64,000 nucleotides of DNA from Candidatus Heimdallarchaeota archaeon (GCA_020353515.1 CP070695.1:1829435-1893434); one strand, 5' to 3'; counted from the stretch's first letter, positions 30,174-40,624 are shown. Program-made: numbers and translations. The notes: generated by a model not told the origin, from the letters alone.

Positions 30174-30728
30174 ATTATACAAGGAGAAAATATTTCATTA
30201 AGAGGATTAGAACTCTCTGATGTTGACGAGCTGATGAAATTCTGGAATAATCCCGAACTACAACAATTTCTTTCCAGACCACGTATCGCTTCACGGGATG
30301 AAGAAGTAGAATGGATTAAAAATACCTGGGAGAGACGTCGAAAAGGGGAAGCATTTATTTTTGGGATTTTCCTCCACGAGAAAGATCAATACATAGGAAA
30401 CGTTGAACTACGAATAGATAACAAGATTGCCCAAAGAGGAGGATTAGGTATATCAATATTCAATCCCAACTATTGGAATAAGGGATATGGCACAGAAGCA
30501 GTTAAATTACTCCTCAATTTTTCATTCTCTTCGCTAAACTTACGTAGTATTGAATTAGAAGTGTTTGCTTTTAATGAGAGAGCACAAGCATGTTACAGAA
30601 AGGTGGGTTTTACCGAAATTGGAAGAAAACGACAAGCTCATTTTTTAAAGGGTAAATTTCACGACATAGTTCTGATGGATATATTAGCTACGGAATTTAC
30701 TGAGGCATTAGAAAAAAAAGGGGAGTAA
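30174..30728 (+). CDS. RimJ/RimL-type GNAT acetyltransferase; probable non-AUG start at 30174/30177 (first ATG is 30234)
   Basis: YWNKGYG.EA, N.RA..CY.K.GF; in-frame IIQGENISLRGLELSD strand lies upstream of the first ATG. Confidence 0.8.
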   Translation: MIQGENISLRGLELSDVDELMKFWNNPELQQFLSRPRIASRDEEVEWIKNTWERRRKGEAFIFGIFLHEKDQYIGNVELRIDNKIAQRGGLGISIFNPNYWNKGYGTEAVKLLLNFSFSSLNLRSIELEVFAFNERAQACYRKVGFTEIGRKRQAHFLKGKFHDIVLMDILATEFTEALEKKGE

Positions 30729-30729
30729 A

Positions 30730-31914
30730 ATGAATAAACAACAAACTCGGAAAACAGTATTACGGAGAATAAGATCTTATCTACGAAAACATCCTGAGGA
30801 ATTAAAGGGAGTACGAAACATTCAGAAAAATCGCTTAGATGGATTAATAAAACGGCTAGATGAGTTTTCACCGATTGAAACATTACGCTGGAATGTTCCA
30901 GACAGAAAACTTTTTCGAGACATCGCATTGGCTGCGGGGATTCAATTCGTCCGGGAATACCCCATGTTGTATCATACTCCCAATTCATTAAGGGCCTGTT
31001 TTGGAATGCCAACTAGGACAGATCGAAAAAAAGGACGATTTTCATCCATCTTCTATCGGAATGAGGCTGTCGAAAGGCAATTACGTCCACGGATTGAAGA
31101 TATAGAAAACTTACAGAGCCAAGTAAATCAAAAACGTGACGGCCAATTCTCAAATGAAATCGAAATCTTAAATCGTTATATTAAGCGAGCCATCAATCGG
31201 AGGTATGTTGATGATATTCTTGAGATTCCTGAGAGTGACCATTCTGAAAAGAGTATTTCCAATTTACGCAGATTTTTGGAGAAACATGGATTCGAGGATT
31301 TAAAAGAGGCTACTGATGTATCAGAAGAACATCTTCAAGATCTTGATGGAATTATCTTAGCACCCGACATGATAAGCCAGTGGAAAGGAAGAGAGTGTTG
31401 GATTGAGCTCAAAGAGTATCACGAGCTGAAATTTAACTTCAAAGTAGTATTTCAAGTTTTTCGTTATCTCTATCAAAATCCCTTTGTCTTACTAATTTCT
31501 ACTTCTCCACTTCCTAGCTTCACTCAACTACTTGATCAGAAGATATGGACAACAAAGACATTACAAGAATGGGCCCTTCAAAAACAAGATGAATTACAGG
31601 ATCGTATATCAGGATGGAATGAAATTCGAAGTACGTATGTCGCTTTAGGTAGGAAACTAAAATTGAATCCTCGGTTTGAGACTTTATTTCTTGTCTTAAC
31701 GAATGAAATAGTAATTAATGAGATTGGTTTGGCAGGAACAGAATTAAAAGGGATCGAAAAGTTTTTAGACCTAGTAAGTCATTTTAAAGGGGAAATAACT
31801 ATCTGTAGCTTTGATGAATTTGTGGAAAATGATCAAATTCCTACAAACTATTGTCTACTTATGAAAATGGATTTCCCTTTTGAGTTCAAATACGATTCAT
31901 CAGACAAGAATTAA
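30730..31914 (+). CDS. Hypothetical protein with a PD-(D/E)xK nuclease-like motif
   Basis: APD(213)...WIELK(226-228)...QVFRY(242-246); basic N-terminal half. Confidence 0.55.
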   Translation: MNKQQTRKTVLRRIRSYLRKHPEELKGVRNIQKNRLDGLIKRLDEFSPIETLRWNVPDRKLFRDIALAAGIQFVREYPMLYHTPNSLRACFGMPTRTDRKKGRFSSIFYRNEAVERQLRPRIEDIENLQSQVNQKRDGQFSNEIEILNRYIKRAINRRYVDDILEIPESDHSEKSISNLRRFLEKHGFEDLKEATDVSEEHLQDLDGIILAPDMISQWKGRECWIELKEYHELKFNFKVVFQVFRYLYQNPFVLLISTSPLPSFTQLLDQKIWTTKTLQEWALQKQDELQDRISGWNEIRSTYVALGRKLKLNPRFETLFLVLTNEIVINEIGLAGTELKGIEKFLDLVSHFKGEITICSFDEFVENDQIPTNYCLLMKMDFPFEFKYDSSDKN

Positions 31915-32684
31915 ACTAAAGAAAAGACGTAAGGCCCCCCAAAACTTGGCCAGATGAATAATAGACCAAAGATAATAACAAAAATTCCTGTCATAATCTC
32001 AACAATCCGAAATCTCTCTGCAAGTAATGTAGCAGCCCGAATTCTTGCCTCAGCTGTAACCAAAACTAAAATAAAGTAGGGAACGAGTAATCCAAGAGCA
32101 AAAAGGCCCATTCCTATGAATAGATAAAGGGGATTTCCAATAAGAGGAATAATTGACAATAATATAAGAAACACCGGGAACGCACAAGGTAACGCAATAA
32201 AAGTATACCCAAAACCAATCAGGAATAGGTCTAAATGGCGATATTCCTCCCGTTGGAAAGAATTAGTCACTCTTTGGGGGATAGGAATACGTGCAAAAGT
32301 TAATTCAGCTAAAATTGGAAATATAAGGAACATCCCCATTACAATTAATATCAAACCTAAAATAAAAGTGAGTTCGATGAATATCTCACTAAGGAATGAT
32401 CCTAAGTTAGTCCAGATATAAGCTGAAATCAGGATAGCCAGAAAGAACGTTATTAGAATACCACTGGTTAACAAAATGACCCATTGAAAAGCCATTCTTC
32501 GATTAGGGTATTGTTCCTGTCCCGAATCATCAGTAGTTGGCTTATTCATTATACGAAAAACTGTTAGTGGCATAATAGGAAAAAGACATGGGGATAACGC
32601 TACGTACAAGCCCACTAAGAAGAACAGAGGAAGACCAATCGATTCATCAAAAGGAATCCCGAAAATTTCCATATACGAGGTCAC
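31911..32684 (-). CDS. ccdA: CcdA/DsbD-beta transmembrane thiol-disulfide electron transporter
   Basis: SPCLFP and LPCAFP Cys pair, about 7 TM segments. Confidence 0.85.
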   Translation of the reverse strand: MTSYMEIFGIPFDESIGLPLFFLVGLYVALSPCLFPIMPLTVFRIMNKPTTDDSGQEQYPNRRMAFQWVILLTSGILITFFLAILISAYIWTNLGSFLSEIFIELTFILGLILIVMGMFLIFPILAELTFARIPIPQRVTNSFQREEYRHLDLFLIGFGYTFIALPCAFPVFLILLSIIPLIGNPLYLFIGMGLFALGLLVPYFILVLVTAEARIRAATLLAERFRIVEIMTGIFVIIFGLLFIWPSFGGPYVFSLV

Positions 32685-32687
32685 TCT

Positions 32688-33347
32688 TTAGCCTGAGGTT
32701 ATCCAATCTACCAAAGTGTCGTAGAAGACAACGCCCTGGTTAATTTGTTTCAGTTTCCCAGCGGAATTAATAAATGCTACGGTTGGTATTGAAGTGGCAG
32801 AGAATTTTTCTTTTCCAGCTTGGGTTGTATCACGACCTACAGTCCATGTAATTCCATTGTCGTTTTTATACTCTGTTAATTTGCTTATAGAATCATATGA
32901 TGGATCAATAGAAACAGAAACAATTTCAACACTGGGGTAATTCATACGCAATGTTTTTAGCTCACCTATCTGAGTTTTACAAGGCACGCACCATGTTGCC
33001 ATAAGATCAAGGATGATTGGTTTACCTGCATAATCAGACAACATAACCATTTCTCCATTTAATAATTCAAAAGAGAAATTTAACTTGTCAGAGATATTGC
33101 CTTCTGTAGGATTCGATTGTGCCAGCTGATAATTCCCTAAAGAAAAGACACCTAGAGAAATTATTGATAAAAATGCAAAAGCCAGAATAATTTTTGTAAT
33201 TGGAATTGACGAGGAGGTAGAAGACATTTTCTGTTGTTTACCTTGGATTGAATCGATGGAGGAGATGATGTCCGATACTTTTTTACTCTCAGACATCTCG
33301 AGCTCTTTAGACTGCTTTTGGGGAATTTTTATAGTACGTCTTGCCAT
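32688..33347 (-). CDS. Membrane-anchored TlpA/ResA thioredoxin-like protein
   Basis: One TM, GKPIILD.MATWCVPC, SIPT cis-Pro loop; co-oriented with ccdA. Confidence 0.88.
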   Translation of the reverse strand: MARRTIKIPQKQSKELEMSESKKVSDIISSIDSIQGKQQKMSSTSSSIPITKIILAFAFLSIISLGVFSLGNYQLAQSNPTEGNISDKLNFSFELLNGEMVMLSDYAGKPIILDLMATWCVPCKTQIGELKTLRMNYPSVEIVSVSIDPSYDSISKLTEYKNDNGITWTVGRDTTQAGKEKFSATSIPTVAFINSAGKLKQINQGVVFYDTLVDWITSG

Positions 33348-33488
33348 TATTCAGCCTTCATTGCATTCTATGATACCTTTCACAAAATAATTAATATTCT
33401 TCACGATTCGAAATCCAGAATCAGTAAAAGCCAATCTTTTTTATTTTGAACAGGTTTTTCTGTTTGTTGAAGGAATTACATCAACCTG

Positions 33489-33504
33489 TGTGCACGGTGT
33501 ATAC
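33489..33504. promoter_or_regulatory. Operator-like 16-mer, copy A (TGTGCACGGTGTATAC)
   Basis: 14/16 match to the reverse complement of 41480-41495; lies in the tlpA / surface-protein divergent intergenic region. Confidence 0.5.
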
Positions 33505-33581
33505 TAACTTTTTAATTTACTAGAATTCTCTCTTGAATTGGAGCTCAACCTCAATATTTACATCTTGGTGATTCAGTAATT

Positions 33582-35597
33582 ATGAGAAAGTATTGCATAA
33601 CTCATCTCACTCTAATATTAATACTCCTCATGTTAATTTTTCCAAGCAGGGATATTCTAACTGAATCTAATCTTCAAAATTCCAAAATAACTGACAATAA
33701 TGATTCTTCTTTGTATAAACCTTCTCTAGAACTTCAACAAGCATCTAATCCAGAGGAAACTATCTTACCTAAAACTAACCTAACGGTAAATAGTTATCGC
33801 GATACGAATCCTCAGAATACTTTTAATGCTACAGTTTTATCGTTAAATAGAACTCATTGGTTTATTCATTGCGATTATACATTCCTTCTTTTAGATGACA
33901 TATCGTGCGATTCAGTTGTGGATCGAGTGAGTTTTAATCATGGGTATAACGCAAGCAATTACTGGGAGTGGCACGGTCAACCAAGTCCATCATTCGATTT
34001 CTGGATAGATACAACTGGTTTTGATGATGATTACCAATTTGTTGTGGGTGAATATATTGCAACTGTTTCTTCTGACGTAATATATATGGCCAACATTGAT
34101 CAGGAATTTAGTGCTTGGAAAATTACAATTAATGTAGGAATAATAGTTACTATATGGTATGCTGCTGATAATGGTTTATTCCTTTGTATGAAGGAAGACT
34201 ATGTGGCAAACATTTGGTGGTACAATTTAACAAGAGCAGAAATCGCTCAGACACCTCACGATTATGTTGGTCCATTTCTGTTTCAAATATCTCATAGTAA
34301 TAATTCAAGATTGGCTTCAAATACATTGATCTCTATTGAATTAACCTCTCCTTATGGTATTGATGTAATCTATTATCACTGGGATGACAATTCCAATTCG
34401 ACAACCCTTTCAGCTTTTATCATTGTAAATTTACCTGAAGAAAATAAGTCTCATGATTTAATTATTATAGCATTTGATAATGTCGGTTACCAGAGTTTTT
34501 ATCATTTAATTTATACAACAGATAATACATTACCAGGTATCTCGTTAATTAACCAGCGAAACAATTCGAAAATCAGAGGTTCAACTCATATTCAGTTACA
34601 AATCTCTTCTGGTAATGGAACTATATTCTATCGATGGGATGGAGGAAATAATGGAACAATTGATGAGGGCACTTATATATTAGTTCCAAATCCCGATTTG
34701 GAAATTTCTCATTCTCTAGATGTCTATGTGAGAGGTTCTACTGGATTATGGGCTCATTCTAGTTTTTCTTGGATTGTGGATAATAGTCCTCCCTTAATTT
34801 CCTGTAATTTTGAAAATAACTCGATTATTAAGGGAAATATCAAGATTATTGTTTTTTCTTCAGAAGATATTAACTTAACATATAGATTAATAAACACTGA
34901 AAATCGAAGTGTTTTAATAAATACTGGTCAAAACCATACGATTTCTTATTCAAATCTAATTAATGGTAGTTATCAGCTATTTATTATTGGTTCAGATGAA
35001 GCTCACAACATTGCTTCCATTACTCTAATATTTTCAGTTTATACAAGTGCATTTAATTGGAATTGGGGATTAGAAGCGAAAATACCACGAACAATCAGAA
35101 TTATTGACGCCTCAAGTGACCTTTGGTTCATTCTTACCTTAACTTCAGCAATTGATCAATCCTTCAACCTTACGGTCTTATCAAAGGATTTGTATCCTGT
35201 AAAAAATGATATGATAGAATACGTGATAGAATTCAATTGTGAGAAACCAGATGATATAATTTTTATTAGTTTGACCCTCCAATTGAGTTCTAATAATAGA
35301 GTGGTCCCTGTGTATCAATGGGTACATTGGGATGTTGAATCAGAAGGATGGGTAAATATCACAACCTCATATAATGAGGTATCGAATAGTTGGGAAGCAA
35401 CATATAATGGGTTTGTTCTCTATTTTGCTTTAATAAATCAAGGAATTAAAACAACCCTTACCTCAGTAACTCCTGGAGGAGGTCAGATTCCTTCGTTTGA
35501 AATTATTCCAGCTATTATGTCATTAATCATGGTTTCAACCTTTGTTTTCAATAAAAGGAGAATGAAGAAGAACTCAAAACGTCTCGGACTGAATTGA
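33582..35597 (+). CDS. Secreted Ig-like-repeat surface glycoprotein with a PGF/PEF-CTERM-like anchor (IPSFE-TM-basic)
   Basis: Signal peptide; three Y.WD...D.. / DN..P.I beta-sandwich repeats; many N-x-S/T sequons; Thr-rich linker, IPSFE, TM, KRRMKK. Confidence 0.75.
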   Translation: MRKYCITHLTLILILLMLIFPSRDILTESNLQNSKITDNNDSSLYKPSLELQQASNPEETILPKTNLTVNSYRDTNPQNTFNATVLSLNRTHWFIHCDYTFLLLDDISCDSVVDRVSFNHGYNASNYWEWHGQPSPSFDFWIDTTGFDDDYQFVVGEYIATVSSDVIYMANIDQEFSAWKITINVGIIVTIWYAADNGLFLCMKEDYVANIWWYNLTRAEIAQTPHDYVGPFLFQISHSNNSRLASNTLISIELTSPYGIDVIYYHWDDNSNSTTLSAFIIVNLPEENKSHDLIIIAFDNVGYQSFYHLIYTTDNTLPGISLINQRNNSKIRGSTHIQLQISSGNGTIFYRWDGGNNGTIDEGTYILVPNPDLEISHSLDVYVRGSTGLWAHSSFSWIVDNSPPLISCNFENNSIIKGNIKIIVFSSEDINLTYRLINTENRSVLINTGQNHTISYSNLINGSYQLFIIGSDEAHNIASITLIFSVYTSAFNWNWGLEAKIPRTIRIIDASSDLWFILTLTSAIDQSFNLTVLSKDLYPVKNDMIEYVIEFNCEKPDDIIFISLTLQLSSNNRVVPVYQWVHWDVESEGWVNITTSYNEVSNSWEATYNGFVLYFALINQGIKTTLTSVTPGGGQIPSFEIIPAIMSLIMVSTFVFNKRRMKKNSKRLGLN

Positions 35598-35598
35598 A

Positions 35599-37296
35599 AT
35601 GAGCTACAAAGATCCGCCTTCGGACCTCCTAATTGTGAATCAGGACAAAGTTATCTTCAGTTCTGGGATGGGAAAGTTGACAAGACATCCAGAGATTTCA
35701 GCCACTCTTGCTAATGTACTAACTCTCTTCTCTCAAAGAATTCTAAAAGGAGAACATATCGATTCAATTCGTTTTGATAACCACCTGATGGTATTTTTAC
35801 CTTCTCAAAATCCTAATTTTCCAGAACTTGCTGCAGTAGTACTAGTTCCAATCGAAGTAAGTGCAAAACATGTTCTTCCTGGTATGAGAATCATCCTTAA
35901 TTTAATGGAAGAATATTTGCTAGGTAAAATTTACGATGCTAAGCTTCCCCAGTTAGATTGCTTCAATAGAGTCATTAACTTTCCTTCTCAGGCGATTTTC
36001 CTTTTACCAAAAACTGCTGAAGGAGTTCGCTCAGCTCTTGTGCTTTTAGCTTGTTTTGCCCACGATTTTCAGCTTGGTCTTGAGAAAATAACATCCAGGA
36101 TGTTCTTGGTTCGAGACGATGATTATTTATCTCTTGAAAATATTATTGAGAAAGTTGACAATCTTGGAGTCTTGTCTTTTTTTCCTCTTCCAAGCCATTT
36201 AAAGAAACCCTTGAATAAATTCTGTGAAATTGGTCACAAAACACCCACGCGTCAGTTTTTTTCAGCTTTTCCTGACGAAAAACCATTCCAAACATTTGCT
36301 AGACTCGCTGGGTCAAATTCGAATGCGTTTAAAATGAAAACCTTCATTGAAAATGACGAAGCATTAGAAATTATGCAATCAATCGCTTCTTTAAATAAAG
36401 TATATGATGTTTATGTACGGAATGAGATTCTCCAAGCCACAGTATTGAATCCAGGTCGGGATATCGTAACGACATTATCTTCCCCTCTTTTAAAGAAGAT
36501 GATGCAAATAGCAGAACAGAAAGAAGTTACCCACCCCCAAATTACAACTCAATATCGAGATTTAGATCAGGTTGACGGATTTGTTGAGCTAAAAAATGTC
36601 AACAGGGTCTATAAAATCGGAAATCAACAGATATTTGCCTTAAAGAATTTATCTTTGGATTTATCGGGTGGCCAACTTGTAGTGGTCCTAGGTCCATCGG
36701 GATCAGGTAAAACCACCCTTTTAAATGTCATAGGAGGGATTGACAAATGTGAGGGGACAATTAGAGTAGGTGATATTGAAGTCACAAAACTAAGCAAAGG
36801 AAAACTGACAAAATATCGACGGGAGAAGTGTGGGTTTATCTTTCAGTTCTTTAACCTGATACCTGTTCTAACAGCCATTGAGAATATTGAATATGCGGTA
36901 GATCTCTCTAAAAGTAGGAAGATGTCGAAGAACGAAGTAAGAACAAAGACAGAGGAATATGTTAAGAAAATTGGATTATGGGAGAAAAGGTTCCTATTCC
37001 CCTCTCAACTCTCTGGAGGAGAACAACAACAGGTAGCTGCTGCACGTGCGTTTGCTAAGGAACCAGAAATACTACTATGTGATGAACCAACAGGAGAACT
37101 TTCGGTAAAAGAAGGCAAGAAGGTATTAGCGGTCATTCAAGGAATAATTAAAGAGAGACCAAATATGTTAGTGATACTCGTCACTCATAATCAGAAGATA
37201 GCTTTAATTGGACATAAAGTTATTAGATTACGCTCTGGTAAAGTCGATTCTATTGAAACACAAATGCCAACTCCTGCAGAGAATATTACATGGTGA
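35599..37296 (+). CDS. Fusion protein: about 327-aa N-terminal longin/DENN-like region plus LolD/MacB-type ABC ATPase
   Basis: C-terminal [33 protein letters not shown]. The ATPase call is firm; the N-terminal fold call is from pattern only. Confidence 0.8.
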   Translation: MSYKDPPSDLLIVNQDKVIFSSGMGKLTRHPEISATLANVLTLFSQRILKGEHIDSIRFDNHLMVFLPSQNPNFPELAAVVLVPIEVSAKHVLPGMRIILNLMEEYLLGKIYDAKLPQLDCFNRVINFPSQAIFLLPKTAEGVRSALVLLACFAHDFQLGLEKITSRMFLVRDDDYLSLENIIEKVDNLGVLSFFPLPSHLKKPLNKFCEIGHKTPTRQFFSAFPDEKPFQTFARLAGSNSNAFKMKTFIENDEALEIMQSIASLNKVYDVYVRNEILQATVLNPGRDIVTTLSSPLLKKMMQIAEQKEVTHPQITTQYRDLDQVDGFVELKNVNRVYKIGNQQIFALKNLSLDLSGGQLVVVLGPSGSGKTTLLNVIGGIDKCEGTIRVGDIEVTKLSKGKLTKYRREKCGFIFQFFNLIPVLTAIENIEYAVDLSKSRKMSKNEVRTKTEEYVKKIGLWEKRFLFPSQLSGGEQQQVAAARAFAKEPEILLCDEPTGELSVKEGKKVLAVIQGIIKERPNMLVILVTHNQKIALIGHKVIRLRSGKVDSIETQMPTPAENITW

Positions 37297-37303
37297 TAGA
37301 AAC

Positions 37304-39841
37304 TTGGCTAAAACGGCTAAAAATATATTTCGTGCTTTGAAAGCTCACAAAGTTCGTTTCTTTACAATTGCATTAGTTATTGCTATAGGAATCACATCAT
37401 TTAATGGAATGATCACTGCTTTCGTGCTTATGACAAGAACGTATAACCAAGCATTCACGGACCACAATATGGCTAGTTTCACAATGTTAACAGCAAATCC
37501 AGGGGGTTCTGGTGAAGATGCTTGGATTGATTATAATAATCTTACAACCTACATGGATGAATTTATGACCCTGGACGAAGGATCTGCAGTTATTGGATAT
37601 GAATTAAGGATCGTTTATGATACAATATTTGAGATCCGAGGTACTCGTCAAAATGGTCGAATTGTCGCATATACTACTGTTGATGAGAATGGAGACTATC
37701 GAGAACCTGATGTAAATGGCTTTAAAATAATGGATGGAGAACCATTTTCAGAGACAAGCCAGTACAGAAATGTTTGCCTTGTTGAGATACACCTAGCAAC
37801 ATATTGGAAGCTGAAACAGCACGAATTTATCGCAGTCGGAGATGATAATACACCCTTTGAAGTACAAGGAACCGTTGGTTCACCAGAGTACCTGATTAAT
37901 ATGGGATCCTACGCGGATATTATGCCAAGTCCCCGACGTTTTGGTGTTATTTATCTACCTTTAAGGACAGCTCAACGATTATTAAATGTTCCAGGAAAAG
38001 TAAATGAGATTTCTGTGTTACTTGGTACTGACCTCTTTACCCGCCAACGAGAAGCAATTGCGGATGATCTTCAGGACTTTCTAGAAGAGACTCATGATTT
38101 AAAGTTAAGTGATCCTATCGATAGAGACAAACAAGCCGCTTATTATGTGCTCAAATTAGATATTGAAGAGGCTAGGGAATTTGGTTATGTATTACCAGCA
38201 ATCATTCTGGTGATGGCGATGGGAGGATTATATGTGCTGTTAGGGAGAATGGTTGTCGCAGAAAGAAAAGATATTGGTGTCGCTCAAGCTCTGGGTTATA
38301 GTCGGAGAACGATAATCCTTCAGTATCTAGGTATTGCCATGGTTGTAGCCATTATCGGGACTATTTTGGGAACGATACTAGGTTTAGTATTTCTAGAGTG
38401 GTTTGGCCCCCTCTATACTCAAATGCTAACAATACCTTTTGACCCGAAAGTTACAATTGAATGGCCTATCATTATAGTAGGAGTTTTATTAGGTCTTCTT
38501 ACAGGATTCATTGGAGGATATATGCCCATTCGGGGAGCTATTCAACCTCTTCCTGCAGAAAGTCTTCGTTTTGATCCATCACTCCATATCACGACCGGAC
38601 GCGTACCATTCATGGAACGAATATTAAATAAACTAGGAATACATCTGAGAGTCACTGGTTACAAAATTCCAATTAGAAACTTTTTCCGCAGCAAACGACG
38701 AACCTTTTCTTCTGTATTCGCAGTTATTGTGGCAGTTTCCTTAATTTCTATGGTATTTGGTATGATGGAATCAATGACTTATTCTTTATTTTTTCAATAT
38801 GAAGTCGCAGAAGATTGGGACCTCAGGGTTGATTATTCAGAAATTCCAATTAATGCCTCTCAGATCGCCATGGGAATTAACGACTCAATTGATGGTGTAG
38901 TAAATGTCACGTACCATCTCATTTCAGGAGCAACAGTCACCTCAGATAATTCAGACGAGAGTAAACAGGTACAATTAATAGGGATGAATGATTCGAACGG
39001 CTACACGGGACATAAATTTGAATTTGAAGATGGAGGATGGGATCCAACGGGAATTGTACTAAGTGTTCCTGTAGCTGAAAAGTTAAAAGTATGGGAAGGG
39101 GATACTGTAAGATTGGAATTACCTCGTTTAACAAACATAACAAGTACCGCTCCGTTAAGAGCTCATTTTGATATGGTCAACTTTACATTCCGTATTACTG
39201 GAATTGTTGATGAATTTAATGGACTAGTCGCCTACATGGAACTGAATAAGTTAGTTGATGTAAGTGCGTTCCCTGGCCAACCTGCGAATGTGATTTTGAT
39301 TCAAGTGGATAATCCCACCCCGAGTAAACTGGACTCAATACGTAAGGAGATTTATCAAAAGTATAGCTACAATATTCGTAATATCTTCACCAAGGAAGAG
39401 CAGAGTAGTGATTTCTTGGATCTTCTTGATTTGATTTATTTTATTATTTACATTGTAGCAGTATTTGCGGTTATACTCTCATGTTCAATCGTTTATAATA
39501 CCATTTATATTAATTTACAGGAGCAGCAAAGAGAGATAGCAACTCTATTAACTATTGGGACACCAAGTAGACGCCTTGTTCGAAATGTAACAGTGGAAAA
39601 TCTCATCATCACAATCATTGGGACAGTCTTAGGGTTAATTCTGGGCTGGATCATGTTATGGTTTTTTATGAGAGTCATTCTGGATCTAGAATTTTTCCGA
39701 GTGAAACTGTTTATGAGTAATGAAACAATTTTAATATCATTTGGACTGACATTCCTCGGTGTTTTAGTAGCTCAATTCTTCCCCTTAAGAAGAGCTTTGA
39801 ATTTAAATCTCGCAGAAGCAACAAAGGAGAGAGTGGTCTAG
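37304..39841 (+). CDS. MacB/FtsX/LolCE-type ABC permease with two fused halves
   Basis: Two TM-ECD-3TM units with coupling helices ERKDIGV..ALG and QREIATL.TIG; TTG start after GGTGA. Confidence 0.9.
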   Translation: MAKTAKNIFRALKAHKVRFFTIALVIAIGITSFNGMITAFVLMTRTYNQAFTDHNMASFTMLTANPGGSGEDAWIDYNNLTTYMDEFMTLDEGSAVIGYELRIVYDTIFEIRGTRQNGRIVAYTTVDENGDYREPDVNGFKIMDGEPFSETSQYRNVCLVEIHLATYWKLKQHEFIAVGDDNTPFEVQGTVGSPEYLINMGSYADIMPSPRRFGVIYLPLRTAQRLLNVPGKVNEISVLLGTDLFTRQREAIADDLQDFLEETHDLKLSDPIDRDKQAAYYVLKLDIEEAREFGYVLPAIILVMAMGGLYVLLGRMVVAERKDIGVAQALGYSRRTIILQYLGIAMVVAIIGTILGTILGLVFLEWFGPLYTQMLTIPFDPKVTIEWPIIIVGVLLGLLTGFIGGYMPIRGAIQPLPAESLRFDPSLHITTGRVPFMERILNKLGIHLRVTGYKIPIRNFFRSKRRTFSSVFAVIVAVSLISMVFGMMESMTYSLFFQYEVAEDWDLRVDYSEIPINASQIAMGINDSIDGVVNVTYHLISGATVTSDNSDESKQVQLIGMNDSNGYTGHKFEFEDGGWDPTGIVLSVPVAEKLKVWEGDTVRLELPRLTNITSTAPLRAHFDMVNFTFRITGIVDEFNGLVAYMELNKLVDVSAFPGQPANVILIQVDNPTPSKLDSIRKEIYQKYSYNIRNIFTKEEQSSDFLDLLDLIYFIIYIVAVFAVILSCSIVYNTIYINLQEQQREIATLLTIGTPSRRLVRNVTVENLIITIIGTVLGLILGWIMLWFFMRVILDLEFFRVKLFMSNETILISFGLTFLGVLVAQFFPLRRALNLNLAEATKERVV

Positions 39842-39854
39842 GAGGTATACTCAA

Positions 39855-40601
39855 GTGGCATTTATTACACTAGAGAACATTCAGAAGAATTATACATTAG
39901 GGGAAACAACAATTCCAGCTTTAAGAGGAATTGATGTCAATATAGAACTTGGAGAACTCGTTATTATTTTCGGTCCATCTGGAGCTGGCAAAACAACACT
40001 TTTAAACATGATTGGTGGGTTAGATGTCCCTACATCTGGGACTGTGACTGTTGGTAAAATTGCTGTCTCTAAATTGTCTGATAAGTGGTTGACAATTTAT
40101 CGTCGAAAGAAAGTTGGGGTTGTATTTCAATTTTTCAATCTAATTTCACGCCTATCCGCTTTAGAAAATGTAGAATATGCTTTAGAATTAGTAGGTGTGA
40201 AGAAAAAGTCCAATGGTGAAGTTACATTTGATTCCAAAGTGATCCGCCAAACAGCGATCGACTACCTTGATAAAGTCGGTCTTCACGATCGGATCCATCA
40301 TTTTCCTGCTCAGCTAAGTGGCGGAGAACAACAACGAGTGGCCATTGCAAGAGCGCTAGCAAAAGAACCTGAAATCTTATTAGCCGATGAACCAACTGGT
40401 AATTTAGATTTTAAGATTGGTAGACAAGTCTTGGAAATTATGGAAGCTATGACTGGAAAGAAGTTGAATCGAACTGTGATTATTGTTACCCATAATGAAG
40501 CTATCTGTCCCTTAGGGGATCGTGTGATTCGTTTATCGGATGGTAGGATAGTTGAAGATTATACACAAACTTTTACCCCTGCAAAGGAATTATATTGGTA
40601 A
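39855..40601 (+). CDS. LolD/MacB-type ABC ATPase
   Basis: GPSGAGKTT, LSGGEQQRVAIARAL, ADEPTGNLD, VTHN; SD GGAGG. Confidence 0.95.
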   Translation: MAFITLENIQKNYTLGETTIPALRGIDVNIELGELVIIFGPSGAGKTTLLNMIGGLDVPTSGTVTVGKIAVSKLSDKWLTIYRRKKVGVVFQFFNLISRLSALENVEYALELVGVKKKSNGEVTFDSKVIRQTAIDYLDKVGLHDRIHHFPAQLSGGEQQRVAIARALAKEPEILLADEPTGNLDFKIGRQVLEIMEAMTGKKLNRTVIIVTHNEAICPLGDRVIRLSDGRIVEDYTQTFTPAKELYW

Positions 40602-40610
40602 AAACCGGAA

Positions 40611-40624
40611 TTATTTTTTTTATT
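40611..40624 (+). terminator. T-tract terminator after the ABC operon
   Basis: TTATTTTTTTTATT about 10 nt after the stop codon. Confidence 0.45.

Noticed and set aside
37208-37303. N-terminal extension of the permease in the ORF track
   Set aside because: It overlaps the upstream ATPase by 89 nt; TTG 37304 with SD GGTGA gives a normal N-terminus.
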